This document shows positions 12,226 to 23,644 of a DNA stretch of 64,000 nt, piece by piece. Both the position numbers and the translations under genes were made by a program. The notes beneath the pieces were generated by a model. The model was not told the DNA's origin, did not search any database, and was given only the letters and a program-made list of their open reading frames with translations. Positions within the stretch are counted from its first letter, which is position 1. Each line of letters begins with the position of its first letter. Origin of the DNA: Octopus sinensis (taxonomy: Eukaryota); NCBI RefSeq assembly GCF_006345805.1, contig NC_043004.1, positions 80,662,001 to 80,726,000 on the forward strand, in the 5' to 3' direction.

Positions 12226-12789
12226 TACTCTTTTTGTTACCATTCGGCTGTATTCCATTGGAGAGTGAAATATTAAGGGAGGTAAATAGTCAGTGCTTCA
12301 CGGGGCCAGATCATAAGTAGCACCCACACGAATCACTCCACCAACTGTAATCTTTGTATGTGTATGTATGCACACATGCATGTATGTATATGTGTCTATC
12401 TACATGTGCATATATGTATATATGCGGGTGTGTGTGTGTATGTGTGTGTATAAGGAAGAGGTGGGGGAGCGTAGATTTCTGCTGATTCGGTGATTCTTTG
12501 ATGTATGTTGGTTAGTTAGCAAGCTGGAGGTTTTGAGTTCTAATTCTCCTTCATCTCATCGTTCCTTCTATACACACCAGTGCGGAGTCAATTAGTCACT
12601 GGCATTCTTGTTCTTGTTGTTTGCTTAGCCACATTTTTTTTTCTTTTGATAGGGGGCACCTGTTTGAGCTGGTCCCCTGATCAAAGGCATTCCTGCCTTT
12701 CACAATCATATTTTAGGGCTTTAGGTTTTTTTTTTTTCTTTCTATATACGTCTAATGAATTGACATCCACATGAACCCAGTCAGACATG

Positions 12790-13105
12790 TGCGGCATCAT
12801 CATCATCGTCAGCAACATCTTCATAGTCTTCATCATCACCATCATCATGATCATCATGATCATCTTCTTCATCATCATCATCCTCAGCATCATCATCATT
12901 TTCATCATCATTATCACCATCATCATCATTATCACTACCATCATAGCCTTCACCATCATCATCATCATCATCATCATTATCATTACCATCATCATCATCA
13001 TTACCACCCCCATTATCATCATCACCATCATCATTGTCATTACCACTATCATCATTACCATCATCATCATCATTACTAACCCCACTATCATCATCATCAT
13101 CAAGT
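12790..13105. repeat. Compound (CAT)n microsatellite
   Basis: Visible directly; source of the poly-His/Ile/Met/Asp ORFs. Confidence 0.95.
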
Positions 13106-13124
13106 ATGTATATATTTGACATAT

Positions 13125-13295
13125 ATCTTTTAATTTCATTAGTCGTTTGACTGTGGCCATGCTGCAGCACCACTTTGAAAGGATTCCTCAAACAAATTGA
13201 ACCCAGTATTTGTTTTTCTTTTCTTTGTAAGCCCAGTACTTACGCTATCGGTCTCGTTTGCCAAACTGCTAAGTTTGTGGAACATAAACACACCA

Positions 13296-13350
<55 letters not shown>

Positions 13351-13492
13351 CACAATGGGCTTCTTTCAGTTTCCCTCTACCAAATCCACTCACAAGGCTT
13401 TGGTTGGCCCGTTGATCAAGGTGTCACACAATGGGACTGAACCCGGAACCATGTGGTTGGGAAGCAAGCTACTCACCACACAGCCACTCCTG
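13125..13492 (-). mobile_element. SINE family A with an internal deletion
   Basis: Reverse complement of the 22031-22410 copy. Confidence 0.85.
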
Positions 13493-13562
<70 letters not shown>

Positions 13563-14544
13563 CACACACACACACACATATATAATACTTACATACACAC
13601 CTCCGCAGAGATAAATTTACCTTTGAACTCCCCAAAAACAACTTTGCTTGATTTCCTGTTATTTTTACATCACATATTTGGCGATGTTGTTACAAAAAGA
13701 TCATATTTTGCGCATTTGAGGATATCACAGTTTTTGGAATGGGGGAATCCTGAAGAAACTTGTTGATTCTTTCTTTTCATGAAATGAAGTTTTAATCTTA
13801 TATTTATTGTATTTTTCGTTTTTTTTTTGTCTTTTTGTTATGTTCTGTTTTTTTTTCTTAATGTCTTTTGGGAACAATTATTGTAGGTGGAGAATAGAAC
13901 GGAAGCGCTTTATATACAAATATATTTGCGTGTTTTTTGGTTATTTAGTTTTGGTTTTTACTTTTATGATGTCAGTGAAGTGTGTTGTGTCAGAAAGTAC
14001 ATTTATTATATTAAACTGCAAACATGTAACGATATCTTAGCTCACTGCTTACGCATACATTCACCCTAATCACAGACACAATGCCCCTCATATACATACA
14101 CACTCACACACACACACATACTCATCCCTTCACATGCACACACACACCCTTGTCTCTCACCCCAGCAGGAAGGAAACCTGTCTGTATACATCAAGGCCTA
14201 TGTTTGAAACAAGTTTGGGGTAAAAAATTGTGGACAGTGGAGGGGTGACATTGAAGGTAAAATGACAAACAAGTTGCTGCTGCAAACTTGTTTGGGCTCT
14301 TCGCCTGAAATGAACGGGGTTGGTGTAGAGGGGAGAGAGTGCATGTGTGTGTGTGTGTGTGTGTCTGTGTGTTCCTACAACCACCCCCTTCTCTACAATT
14401 ACGACTATCACCACCACCACCACCACTACCACTACAATCATCATTCACCTCGTTGCCATCATCACAATGGTCCCTTTAACCCTAGGCTGAGAGGGGCCTT
14501 GTGAGTGTATCTGGCAGGCAAAAACTGAACAAGTCCTTCATGCT

Positions 14545-14928
14545 TTTGTTCTTTCACTTGTTTCAGTCATTTGACTGTGGCCATGCTGGAGCGCTGCTTT
14601 TAGTCGAACAAATCGACCCCAGGACTATTCTTTGTAAGCTTAATACTTATTCTATCGGTCTCTTTTGCCGAACCTCTAATTTACGGGTACGTAAACACAC
14701 CAACATCGGTTGTCAAGCGATGGTGGGGGACAAACACAGACACACAAACATATACATATGTATATACATACGACAGGCTTCTTTCAGTTTCCATCTACCA
14801 AATCCACTTACAAAGCTTTTGTTGGCCTGAGGCTATAGTAGAAGACACTTGCCCTAGGTGCCACACAGTGGGACTGAACCCTGAACCATGTGGTTGGCAA
14901 GCAAGCATCTTACCACACAGCCACTGCT
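14545..14928 (-). mobile_element. SINE family A, full length
   Basis: Reverse complement of the 22031-22410 copy. Confidence 0.9.
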
Positions 14929-16239
14929 GCACCTATATATATATATAAGAATTACGCCCGACGTGCTACCGATTCTGCCAGCTCACTGCCTTACAAAGCA
15001 AAGCAAACTACTTACTAGTGTGTGTGTGTGTGTGTGTGTATGTATTTCCATTGTGTTTACTAGTTTGTAAACAATGGCTTCCTACTGATACCTCCCGTCT
15101 TTCCTTGTAAAGGTTGGTGACTGGAAGAGCATCCGACCAAAGGAAATCTGACTAATGCAAGCATGATATATATTAGTTTCAAATTTGAGCACAAAGCCTG
15201 TAATCTCATGGGATGGAAATTCAGGACATAAAAATGGACAAAATGTCGCTAAGCATCTTGTCTGGCTTTGCAAATGATTCTACCAGCTTAAGCATAATAA
15301 ATATTAAAATGATGATGATTAGGACATTTTGTGCTTTTGTAGGTGTTGCAAGAATTCTTGGTTTGTATTCTTTGGCTGTCTATAGTCTTAGACTCATATC
15401 GTGTAAGAAATTATAAGGAGAAAAAAAAAAAAAATTGGCAAAATTATATTAAAAAAAAAAATAAGGAAATCATGTGATTTTGTCTTTAGAAATAGTATCA
15501 ACAAAAATTCTACACAAACTAGTTCCAGTCTTTCAGTCTCATAATGATATCTCTAAGTTCTCTAAAATAGGAATATTAACATTATTTTCTCTGATTGCAA
15601 AACTATGTAATTTGGAAATGGTACAAGTCTGGCATTCTGAGACAGACAAAATCTAAAATATTAATGAGGTCTTGTATAAGTTATTGATCACTTGCTAATC
15701 CATCAGCAGTGAAGGAAAACCAATTTTTGGTAATGATTTTTGAAAACGGTATTCATTAGGTTTTTGAGATGAACTGCATTTTCTTGAGGTCCAAGCAAAA
15801 AGGATTCTTCATCTGATTACATGGAAGGATTTGATATAAGAACTTGATCTGGGAACTGCATATTCTTTGATTTCTCTTATTTGTTTTGGTATCAATACCT
15901 TCCATCCTGACCAAAAGATACAGAAAGAAATAGTGAAATTGAGAAAATGAATTTTTTGATAATAAAACCAACTTCTTGAGTAGAAAGACCATTTAAAAGT
16001 CTGGAATCTATAGAAGAGGATATTTGAGCAAGGTGCTGCAAGATGGAACTGAACCTGAAATCGTATGATTGGGAAGTGAACTCGTTAACCACGCAGCCCA
16101 AATATTCTACGTATTTTATATCCACACTGGCCACATCTGACCCCTCTCTAACTCTACCCTACAATGTCATTCTTAAAATAAACAATCACATCATTGAAAT
16201 CTCAAAGCTATAAGATAATGCATGAGTTATTTAAATCAA

Positions 16240-16640
16240 CATCATCATCATCATCATCATCGTTTAATGTCAGTTTTCCATGTTGGCATGGGTTGGATGG
16301 TTCAACTGGGGTCTGGGAAGCCAGGAGGCTGCACCAGGCCCCAATCTGATCTGGCAGTGTTTCTATAGCTGGATGCCCTTCCTAACGCCAACCACTCCAA
16401 GAGTGTAGTGGGTGCTTTTTACATGCAACCGGCACAGGGGCCAGAGGAACTGGCATCGACCATGATGGATGGTGCTTTTTACGTGCAACAAGCACAGGGG
16501 CCAAAGGAGCTGGCATCGACCATGATCCAATGGTGCTTTTTGCGTGTCACTGGCACAGAAGCCAGTCAAAGCTGCCCTGGCATCAGCCATGTTCAGATGG
16601 TGCTTTTTACGTGCTATGAGCACGGAGGTGTCACAACTAT
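16240..16640 (-). mobile_element. RTE 3'-tail fragment ~160 bp upstream of the glypican exon
   Basis: (cat)n-cgtttaatgtcagttttccatg...gatgcccttcctaacgccaaccactcc plus modular units. Confidence 0.88.
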
Positions 16641-16797
16641 AATTTCTATTTGATTTTGATATTGCTGTTGATGTTGATGTTGATGTACTTGACTCAATAG
16701 GTCTGATGAATAAATAAGCGTTACACTTGACAAAATAATCTGAGTACTAAAGATTTAAGGAATTCTAATTTTCGTTTCTTTTTCCTTGTCGTTACAG

Positions 16798-17060
16798 ATT
16801 CTGGTGACCTGCAAAGAAACTGGATCTGCACCGGAGAACCAAAAAGTTTCAGTACAATCTCCATTGGTGCCCAACAATAAAATGTTGATCAGTGATCAGG
16901 AACCAGTGTCTTCCATCAGTCTCAAAGACCAAGCCACCCAGCTTCTTTTGTCATTGCTCAATATCCATGGAGTTTACCGCAATATAACCAGTTCCATCTG
17001 CGTTGACTTCAACGTCTCGCAGTCTCCTACACACTGTTGGAATGGATCCCATGTTGCACA
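16798..17060 (+). CDS. GPC3/5: Internal coding exon of a glypican (GPC3/GPC5/Dally-type heparan sulfate proteoglycan)
   Basis: Acceptor ttttcgtttctttttccttgtcgttacag| and donor |gtaagt. One open frame: ILVTCKETG...SLKDQATQLLLSLLNIHGVYRNITSSICVDFNVSQSPTHCWNGSHVA(Q). It has the glypican CWNG motif, and the Y..C..CWNG spacing equals recalled human GPC3 ([25 protein letters not shown]). It starts in phase 0 and ends in phase 2, like recalled vertebrate GPC3/5 exons 4+5. The exact paralog is not determined. Confidence 0.85.
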
Positions 17061-17110
17061 GTAAGTGAATTCTTCTGCTTTTCTTGTGATTTCATCTTAT
17101 GTTTTTTTCT

Positions 17111-18127
17111 GGTCAACATAAAGTTCCTCACCCGGGAAGAAAAGAAAATTAACCAGCCTGGGCGGGGGTGTGGAAAATGAATATGGAAAAAAAGAAATGA
17201 GCACTGACGACCTTTGGGGGTGGAAAGGGGACTTTCGAAAAATTTACAAGATCCAATATTTTCGTCATAAATTTGGGCATATGGCATAGTGGTTAAGAGT
17301 GCAGGCTACTAACCCCAAGATTCCGAGTTCGATTCCAGGCAGTGACCTGAATAATAATGATAATAATAACAACAACATCGAAAAATACCATAGGAATAAT
17401 CCAGGTTCGAAATTTCCCCAAGACACCTGATGAAGGCTGGAGGGTATATCAGCCGGTTGTGTTAACAACAAACAAGATGAGGACACATATCTGTCATATA
17501 ATATAAAATGGATATATATTGATTCTTTTTTTTTATGGAATCCCACATTTTTGGTTATGGAGGATCTAATTCTGAAAAAATTTTTTTCAAAAGTCGCATT
17601 TTCAAAATTTCATTATGTTATTGCAGTTTTGTGAGATTTGGCTGTTATTTCTAGCATGTGGATAGCCTGCTTGAAGGCCGAAGCGTATATATATATATAT
17701 AAATTTTTTTTTTTTTTTGCTTGTTGGAAATTAAAAATTTTACAAACAATTTTTCTTCAGAATCGTAATCTTCATATTTTTCTACATATTTTGCAAAAAC
17801 AAGAATATTTCTGACAAAAGTGTAAAATGAAGAGGGGGGGGGGGATTAAAATTTTGAAAAGGCAGTTTTTGAAAATTATTTTTTAGAATCAAATCCTCCA
17901 TAACCAAAAACTCAGGATTCTGTAAAAAAAAAAAATCAATAAATATCCATTTTACCCAAAGTTGTGATGGAAAAATCGGATCTTGTGAATTTTTCGACAG
18001 TCCCCTCCCCACACCTAGGGTCATCCGCATGCATTTTTTTCATATTCGTTTTCCCACACTTGTTAACAGCCCCCAGGCTGGTTAATTTTTTTCTTTTTGT
18101 TCCCGGCTGAAGGTCTTTATATTGACC
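17111..18127. mobile_element. Foldback (long-TIR, possibly MULE-like) non-autonomous DNA transposon
   Basis: The left arm 17111-~17612 (minus a SINE insert) is the reverse complement of the right arm ~17848-18127. Termini are ggtcaacataaag / ctttatattgacc. Flanks ttttttct / atttttct suggest an 8-bp TSD with 1 mismatch. Superfamily is uncertain. Confidence 0.8.
17275..17502 (+). mobile_element. tRNA-headed SINE carrying a degenerate hammerhead ribozyme, inserted in the foldback element
   Basis: A box tggcatagtgg, B box gttcgattc, (aat)n linker, then gacac-CTGATGA-a-ggctg..cagcc-G[aaac deleted]-gtt-gtgtt. Confidence 0.8.
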
Positions 18128-19021
18128 ATTTTTCTTCATCCATTTCCACTCACACTGCTACCCTTGTCCTTGAATAGTTGTCAAAGCTGCCGAGAAATTC
18201 AAAACAATTTAAAATTAAGCATATTTTATCTCTAGGTTTAAATCTAGAGATTAAAAATTAAGAAAGTTGAGAAAGTTATTAAAACTCAAGACATCTCTGA
18301 AGAGAGAGCACAAGTCATTGATGAGGCTGGGATTTGTGATGAAACAACTTTGTTTAACCAGCACATCAAACAAATGATTAGTTAAAAAGAAGTGTTATTG
18401 AACCAGTGTGTGTGTTTATTATTATTATTGGTATAATGACCCTCCCAAAACACACCATTTGTTTCAACACACTAATTCACATCAAGGAGTCAGTATCACA
18501 TGGACCAGCATCCTGTGGTCAGTCAGTCCTGAAATGCGCAATATCACAAGAATCCTACTAACCTTCTCCATGAAGAAAATATGCAAAAAAAAAAAAGAAT
18601 ATTGAAATTCCCTTCCATCATTCTTTTCTGTTTTGTAATCGAATCATTACAGGATTGCTCTTTGGGCTTTAGAGAATTTTCAGCCAGGGTGCTTAGAATT
18701 AAACAAAGCTTACCATTCCATTAAAATTCTACAAAGGATGCTTTAAAATGTCTTTAACAATTAGATCTCAATCAAAAATTCTGATTGGATGATCCTGTTT
18801 TTATTATTCCTGCATAATGTGTGTGTGTGTGTGTGTAATTGTATATGCGAGTGTACTTGTGTTTGTGTGTCCCTTTGTTTGTGTGTATAGGTTTGTACAT
18901 GTAAGTGTATCTGTGTGTGTGTGTGTGTCTGTATGTATGTGCATATGAGCTGGTATATCCTTGTATGTTTGTGTGAGTACTTGTGTATCCCTGTGCATGT
19001 GTGTGTATGCGTCTGTGTGTG

Positions 19022-19082
<61 letters not shown>

Positions 19083-19639
19083 GAGAAATGCTGTTGGCTG
19101 AATTGCAGTGAAGCTGTTCATATATAATGACTCATCATCCTAGCATACAGAAGGAGGCGTCGTATTAATTCACCTGTGTTAATGAGAAAGACTGGTCAAA
19201 GAGGCATTTTTGGATACCTGTATAAGTACTCGACGGATTAATGAATGGCATGAATGGCCATTCAGCGGAAATCATTAGTCATGTCAGCTTATACAGATTT
19301 CTTAGGTCATTAGCAGAATAAGTTGGCTATTATTGATTACTCAACTGAAGTTTAGAGTGAAAAATAGAAGAGAGAGAGACGGCACCAGTTCTTGGTGTCT
19401 TTTAGTGTCTGAAGTTTATTCCTTGCTTGTTCTGTGAATGGCCAATTTGTGCATATTTGTGTATGTTTGTATATTTCCAAATGTATCTGTGATAGGAGCC
19501 ATTAAAGAAATTATGAAGACACAAACAGCTCAACATAAAACTGGTTAACAAAGTTCTTTGCTTTTCTGCATGAAGTTAAAGATGCATAAAAAGCACTTGC
19601 TAAGTCTCAATTAGACTAATTTACATGCACACAGACGAC

Positions 19640-20070
19640 GAAAACATACAAACACATGTCCGTCTCTCTCTCTTCCTCTCTCTCTCTCTCTCCTCCCTCT
19701 TCCTCACTCTCTCTATATATATTTATCTATTTATCTTTCTCTCTTACAGATCTGTTTGTCTTTCTTACACACATCTCTCACTTTCCCCTTCTCTCCCTTT
19801 CTCTCTCTCTGTCTCCCTCTTCCCCCTCTCTATCAGCTGTCTCTGTCTCAGTTACACACATCTGTCACTCTTTCTCCCTCACTCCTTCTCTCCTCTCCCC
19901 CTCACACATGTCCATATCTCTCTCTTGCACATGTTTCTCACTTTCTCTCTCTCTGTCTCCCTCTCCCCCTCTCTATCAGCTGTCTCTGTCTCAGTTACAC
20001 ACATCTGTCACTCTTTCACCCTTACTCTCTCTCCTCTCCCCCTCACTCTCTCTCTCCTCTCCCCCTCACA
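19640..20070. repeat. CT-rich tract with an internal ~140-bp-period duplication
   Basis: ctctatcagctgtctctgtctcagttacacacatctgtcactctttc occurs at ~19827 and ~19971. Confidence 0.85.
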
Positions 20071-20651
20071 TGCACATAATTTGTGCCTGATGTTTTTAAT
20101 ATTGCTTAAGATTCTGACACATGAAAACAAATTAGACTAAAATAAAAAGTAAATAAGGAACAAAAAAAAATACCCCTGAAACAAAATTAATAAAAACAAC
20201 AAACAAAAACCAATGTTGTAAAACTGGCTGCTCATTAATGCACCCCTCGTTTATGCACCCCACTCTCTAATTACTAACGCAATGATCTGGCTTTTAGCTC
20301 AAACCAGGGCGTAAACTTCAGCTCATTAATTCCCTGGATGGTTTGTGATTTTATTGGTGGAAGAAGTTGGGGCAGGGGGGGGGTGGAAAGGAATTAGTTG
20401 TGGTGGTGGTGGTGGTGGTAGCACTGGAGGAGGGCAGCAGGTTTGGGCTTTGTCGCAGATCTTTTCAGCTGCACCCGCTACCAACTACCATGTCCCCGCA
20501 AGAGGAACAGGATGAGGAGGCTGCACAGTGGAAGTTGACTAATCTCTAATGAAAATGTTCTTATCAAAATATACTTTGCCATCGTTAGATAAAACTGAAA
20601 ATAACTGCTATGTTGGTCGTCGTCGTTACAGCAAGGAGACAATTATTATTA

Positions 20652-20683
<32 letters not shown>

Positions 20684-20785
20684 TGAAATATTATTATTAA
20701 TATTATTTTAATTATTATTTTTATTATTTTTGAATTCTTCTTATTTGAACTAATAATTATTTTATTATTATTAATATTATTATTC

Positions 20786-20817
<32 letters not shown>

Positions 20818-21089
20818 GCGTTCTAAATTAAACCCAGCAAGTTTTAATTGGCGATATTTTCCTCTTGCAACAAGTCTGCCCACCTCTTACTAACATGGCC
20901 CCATCGCATTTGATTGTATAGGCATATTATATCATCATCATCATCATCAACATCATCGCTTAATGTCCGTTTTTCATGCTGGCAAGGGTTGGATGGTTTG
21001 TCAGGGGCTGGTGAGGTGAAGGACAGCACTGCTGCCATGTCTGCATCAGTATAGTTTTTATGTCCTTCCTAAGGCTGGTGATACATAAT

Positions 21090-21252
21090 GAATATCAGGC
21101 CCTAATATCTGATCTGGTTTATGTTCAAACAAACCAGATCTAACCTCTCACACTTACCCTACAATGTTGTTCTAAAATTAGAAAATTACATAATTTGAAC
21201 AATTTGAATAAATAAATATTGCATTTGGCAGAGTAATCTGAATGCTAAAGGA
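21090..21252 (+). mobile_element. piggyBac-type MITE, partial (another fragment at ~16130-16238)
   Basis: tctcacacttaccctacaatg...aatgctaaagga|ttaa. Confidence 0.7.
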
Positions 21253-21310
21253 TTAACAGCTGTTTTCCTGTACCAGTATGGGTCGGTTGAGGACGTATTT
21301 GAGGTTAAAA

Positions 21311-21645
21311 GATAATAGCAACTTGATAGTTGGCTGGTTGGTGCAAAAATGGTTAGCAACTTGGTAGTTGCCTCTTGCAAAAAGTGATAGCAACTTTGTT
21401 GTTGCGTCATGCAAGACATGAATGCAATTTATTGGCTGCTTGATGCGAGAATTGATATAGCAACTTAGTAGTTGCCTGGTGCAAGAAATGATGTAGCAAA
21501 AGTTGCCTGGTGTAATAGATGATTTAGCAACTCATTAGTTGCCTGACACAAGAGTTGATATAGCAACTTCAGATCCCTGATGCAAGAGTTGATCACAACT
21601 CGATAGTTGCTTCATACTAGACACACTAGCAACTTATTTGCAGTA
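21311..21645. repeat. Diverged ~35-bp minisatellite, about 10 units, each with an internal palindrome
   Basis: Consensus approximately gatatagcaact-nnnn-agttgcctggtgcaagagtt. Confidence 0.8.
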
Positions 21646-21679
21646 AATTTCTATGTCAAGATACAAAACAAGTAAATCC

Positions 21680-21985
21680 TGGTACTCTGTCGTTCAGGAC
21701 AATGTGGGTTTCAGTTGATACAATCATTGGAACAGCCTGCTTGTGAAATTAATGTACAAGTGGCCGAGTATTCCACAGACACATGTACCTTTAATGTAGT
21801 TCCCAGAGAGATTCAGCATGACACAGTGTGTGACCTTTGAAATACAAGTACAACTCATTTTTGCCAGCTGAATGGACTGGAGCAACGTGAAATAAAGTAT
21901 CTTGCTCAAGAAAAGGACATGTCACTGGGAATTACAACCTTATGATCACAAGCTGAATACCCTAACCGCTAAGCCATGTGTATCC
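21680..21985 (-). mobile_element. SINE family E (tRNA head plus ttgagcaagatactttatttcacgttgctccagtcc central domain, CORE-like)
   Basis: Minus-strand head catggcttagcggttaggg. Matching pieces at 7718-7760 (3' end), 25810-25885 (head) and ~41150-41260. Confidence 0.7.
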
Positions 21986-22030
21986 CCTAACCCCTAAAAC
22001 AACTTCTGGAAATAAAGAATTGGTCAACTT

Positions 22031-22410
22031 GAGTGGCTGTGTGGTAAGTAGCTTGCTTACCAACCACATAGTTCTGAGTTCAGTTCCACTGCGTGGCACC
22101 TTGGGCAAGTGTCTTCTACTATAGCCTCGGGCCAACCAAAGCTTTGTGAGTGGATTTGGTAGACGGAAACTTAAAGAAGCCCGTCACATATATATATATA
22201 TGAGTGTGTTTGTGTGTCTGTATTTGTCCCCCCAACATCGCTCAACAACCGATGCTGGTGTGTTTACGTCCCCATAACTTAGCGGTTCGGCAAAAGAGAC
22301 CGATAGAATAAGTACTAGGCTTACAAAGAATAAGTCCTGGGATCAATTTTCTTGACTAAAAGCAGTGCTCCAGCATGGCTGCAGTCAAATGAGTGAAACA
22401 AGTAAAAGAG
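22031..22410 (+). mobile_element. SINE family A, full length, little diverged
   Basis: gagtggctgtgtggtaagtagcttgcttaccaaccac...gcagtcaaatgagtgaaacaagtaaaagag. Confidence 0.9.
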
Positions 22411-22834
22411 AGTGTCCCAACTTCAAACCAGTTAAAGAATTCATTCTTCACTTGATTTGCATTCTTTTATTCAGAATTCAATGAGGAAGGAATGTTTTGT
22501 ATTTAAATTGCAGCATATTAACAGTTATTGGCAATTAAGTCTCAGGAATTACCAAAATAGTTATGAGTAAATGAATTGTCTGGAACATATAATTAGAGGT
22601 ACGTTTGTTAATTAGTGAAGTTTGTTTCTAAGTCTGTTAAGTAACCAGCTGCAAGTTTGGTTAGAATATTATCATCCTTGAAGTATTCAAACGATTTGGT
22701 TAGCAACAGTGTGAAATATCAGTGCAGGTATGGCTGAATGGTAAAAGAGCTTATTCTATAATAATAGGGTTTCGGGTTCAGTCCCATCAAGACATCTTGA
22801 GCAAATCAGAAAAGAATTTTGTAAGCGGGTTTGG

Positions 22835-23153
22835 CCATTGCTAGCCTCCCCTGGCACCATCCGTGTGTGGTCAATGCCAGCACCACCTTAACTGGCTTCC
22901 GTACCGGTGGCACGTAAAAAGCACCAACCGATCGTGGCCATTGCCAGCCTCCCCTAGCACCTGTGCCAGTGGCACGTAAAAAGCACCCACTACGCTTACG
23001 GAGTGGTTGGCGTTAGGAAAGGCATCCAGCTGTAGAAACACTGCCAGATCAGACTGGAGCCTGGTGCAACCTTCTGGCTTCCCAGACCCCGGTCGAACCG
23101 TCCAACCCATGCTAGCATGGAAAATGAATATTAAACGATGATGATGATGATGT
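22835..23153 (+). mobile_element. RTE 3'-tail fragment
   Basis: acgtaaaaagcacccactac...catggaaaatgaatattaaac followed by (gat)n. Confidence 0.88.
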
Positions 23154-23442
23154 TATGGCGAAAATGCAGATAATTTTTGACTTACCTTCATATATATTGC
23201 ATGTTTGCATGTACCTTTGTCTCAGAATCACAAGACGGATGCAAGCAAATATCACCATTCCACTCAAGGAAGCTCATTTCAGTTTTCTGTGAAAAATGTC
23301 TGGATATGGAAAAATATTACCTCACTTGGAAACAGGTGAGGGTTGGTTGTAGGTTGGCCATCAAGCCATAGAAAATCTGTCTATGAATTCCAGCCAACAC
23401 ATGCAAACATGGAGAAGGAGACATTGAATGATAACAACATCA

Positions 23443-23476
<34 letters not shown>

Positions 23477-23644
23477 GTCATCATCATAACTATTCTGAGT
23501 TCAAATTCTGCTGAGGTCAACTTTGTCTTTCACCCTTTGGGATTGATAAAGTAAATACCAGTTAAGCTCAGAGGTCATGCAATCAACTAGCCCCTCCCCT
23601 CAAATAAGTGTCAGTCAAATACTATAGTACAAAGAATTATTATT

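Noticed and set aside
12681-13191. Long poly-Met/His/Asp/Ile ORFs, and similar ones at 26506-27195, 33201-33851, 46180-46644, 52937-53714, 60023-60594
   Set aside because: They are translations of microsatellites that lack stop codons in some frames; no splice signals or complex sequence.
15660-16075. Possible decayed LINE coding remnant on the minus strand
   Set aside because: No RT or endonuclease motif could be recognised in any frame.
17275-17345. Functional tRNA gene (also the heads of SINE families A, B and E)
   Set aside because: Acceptor and anticodon stems do not pair properly, and the heads continue into SINE bodies.
21311-21645. CRISPR-like array of palindromic repeats
   Set aside because: Eukaryotic context, linkers are homologous rather than unique spacers, and no cas genes.
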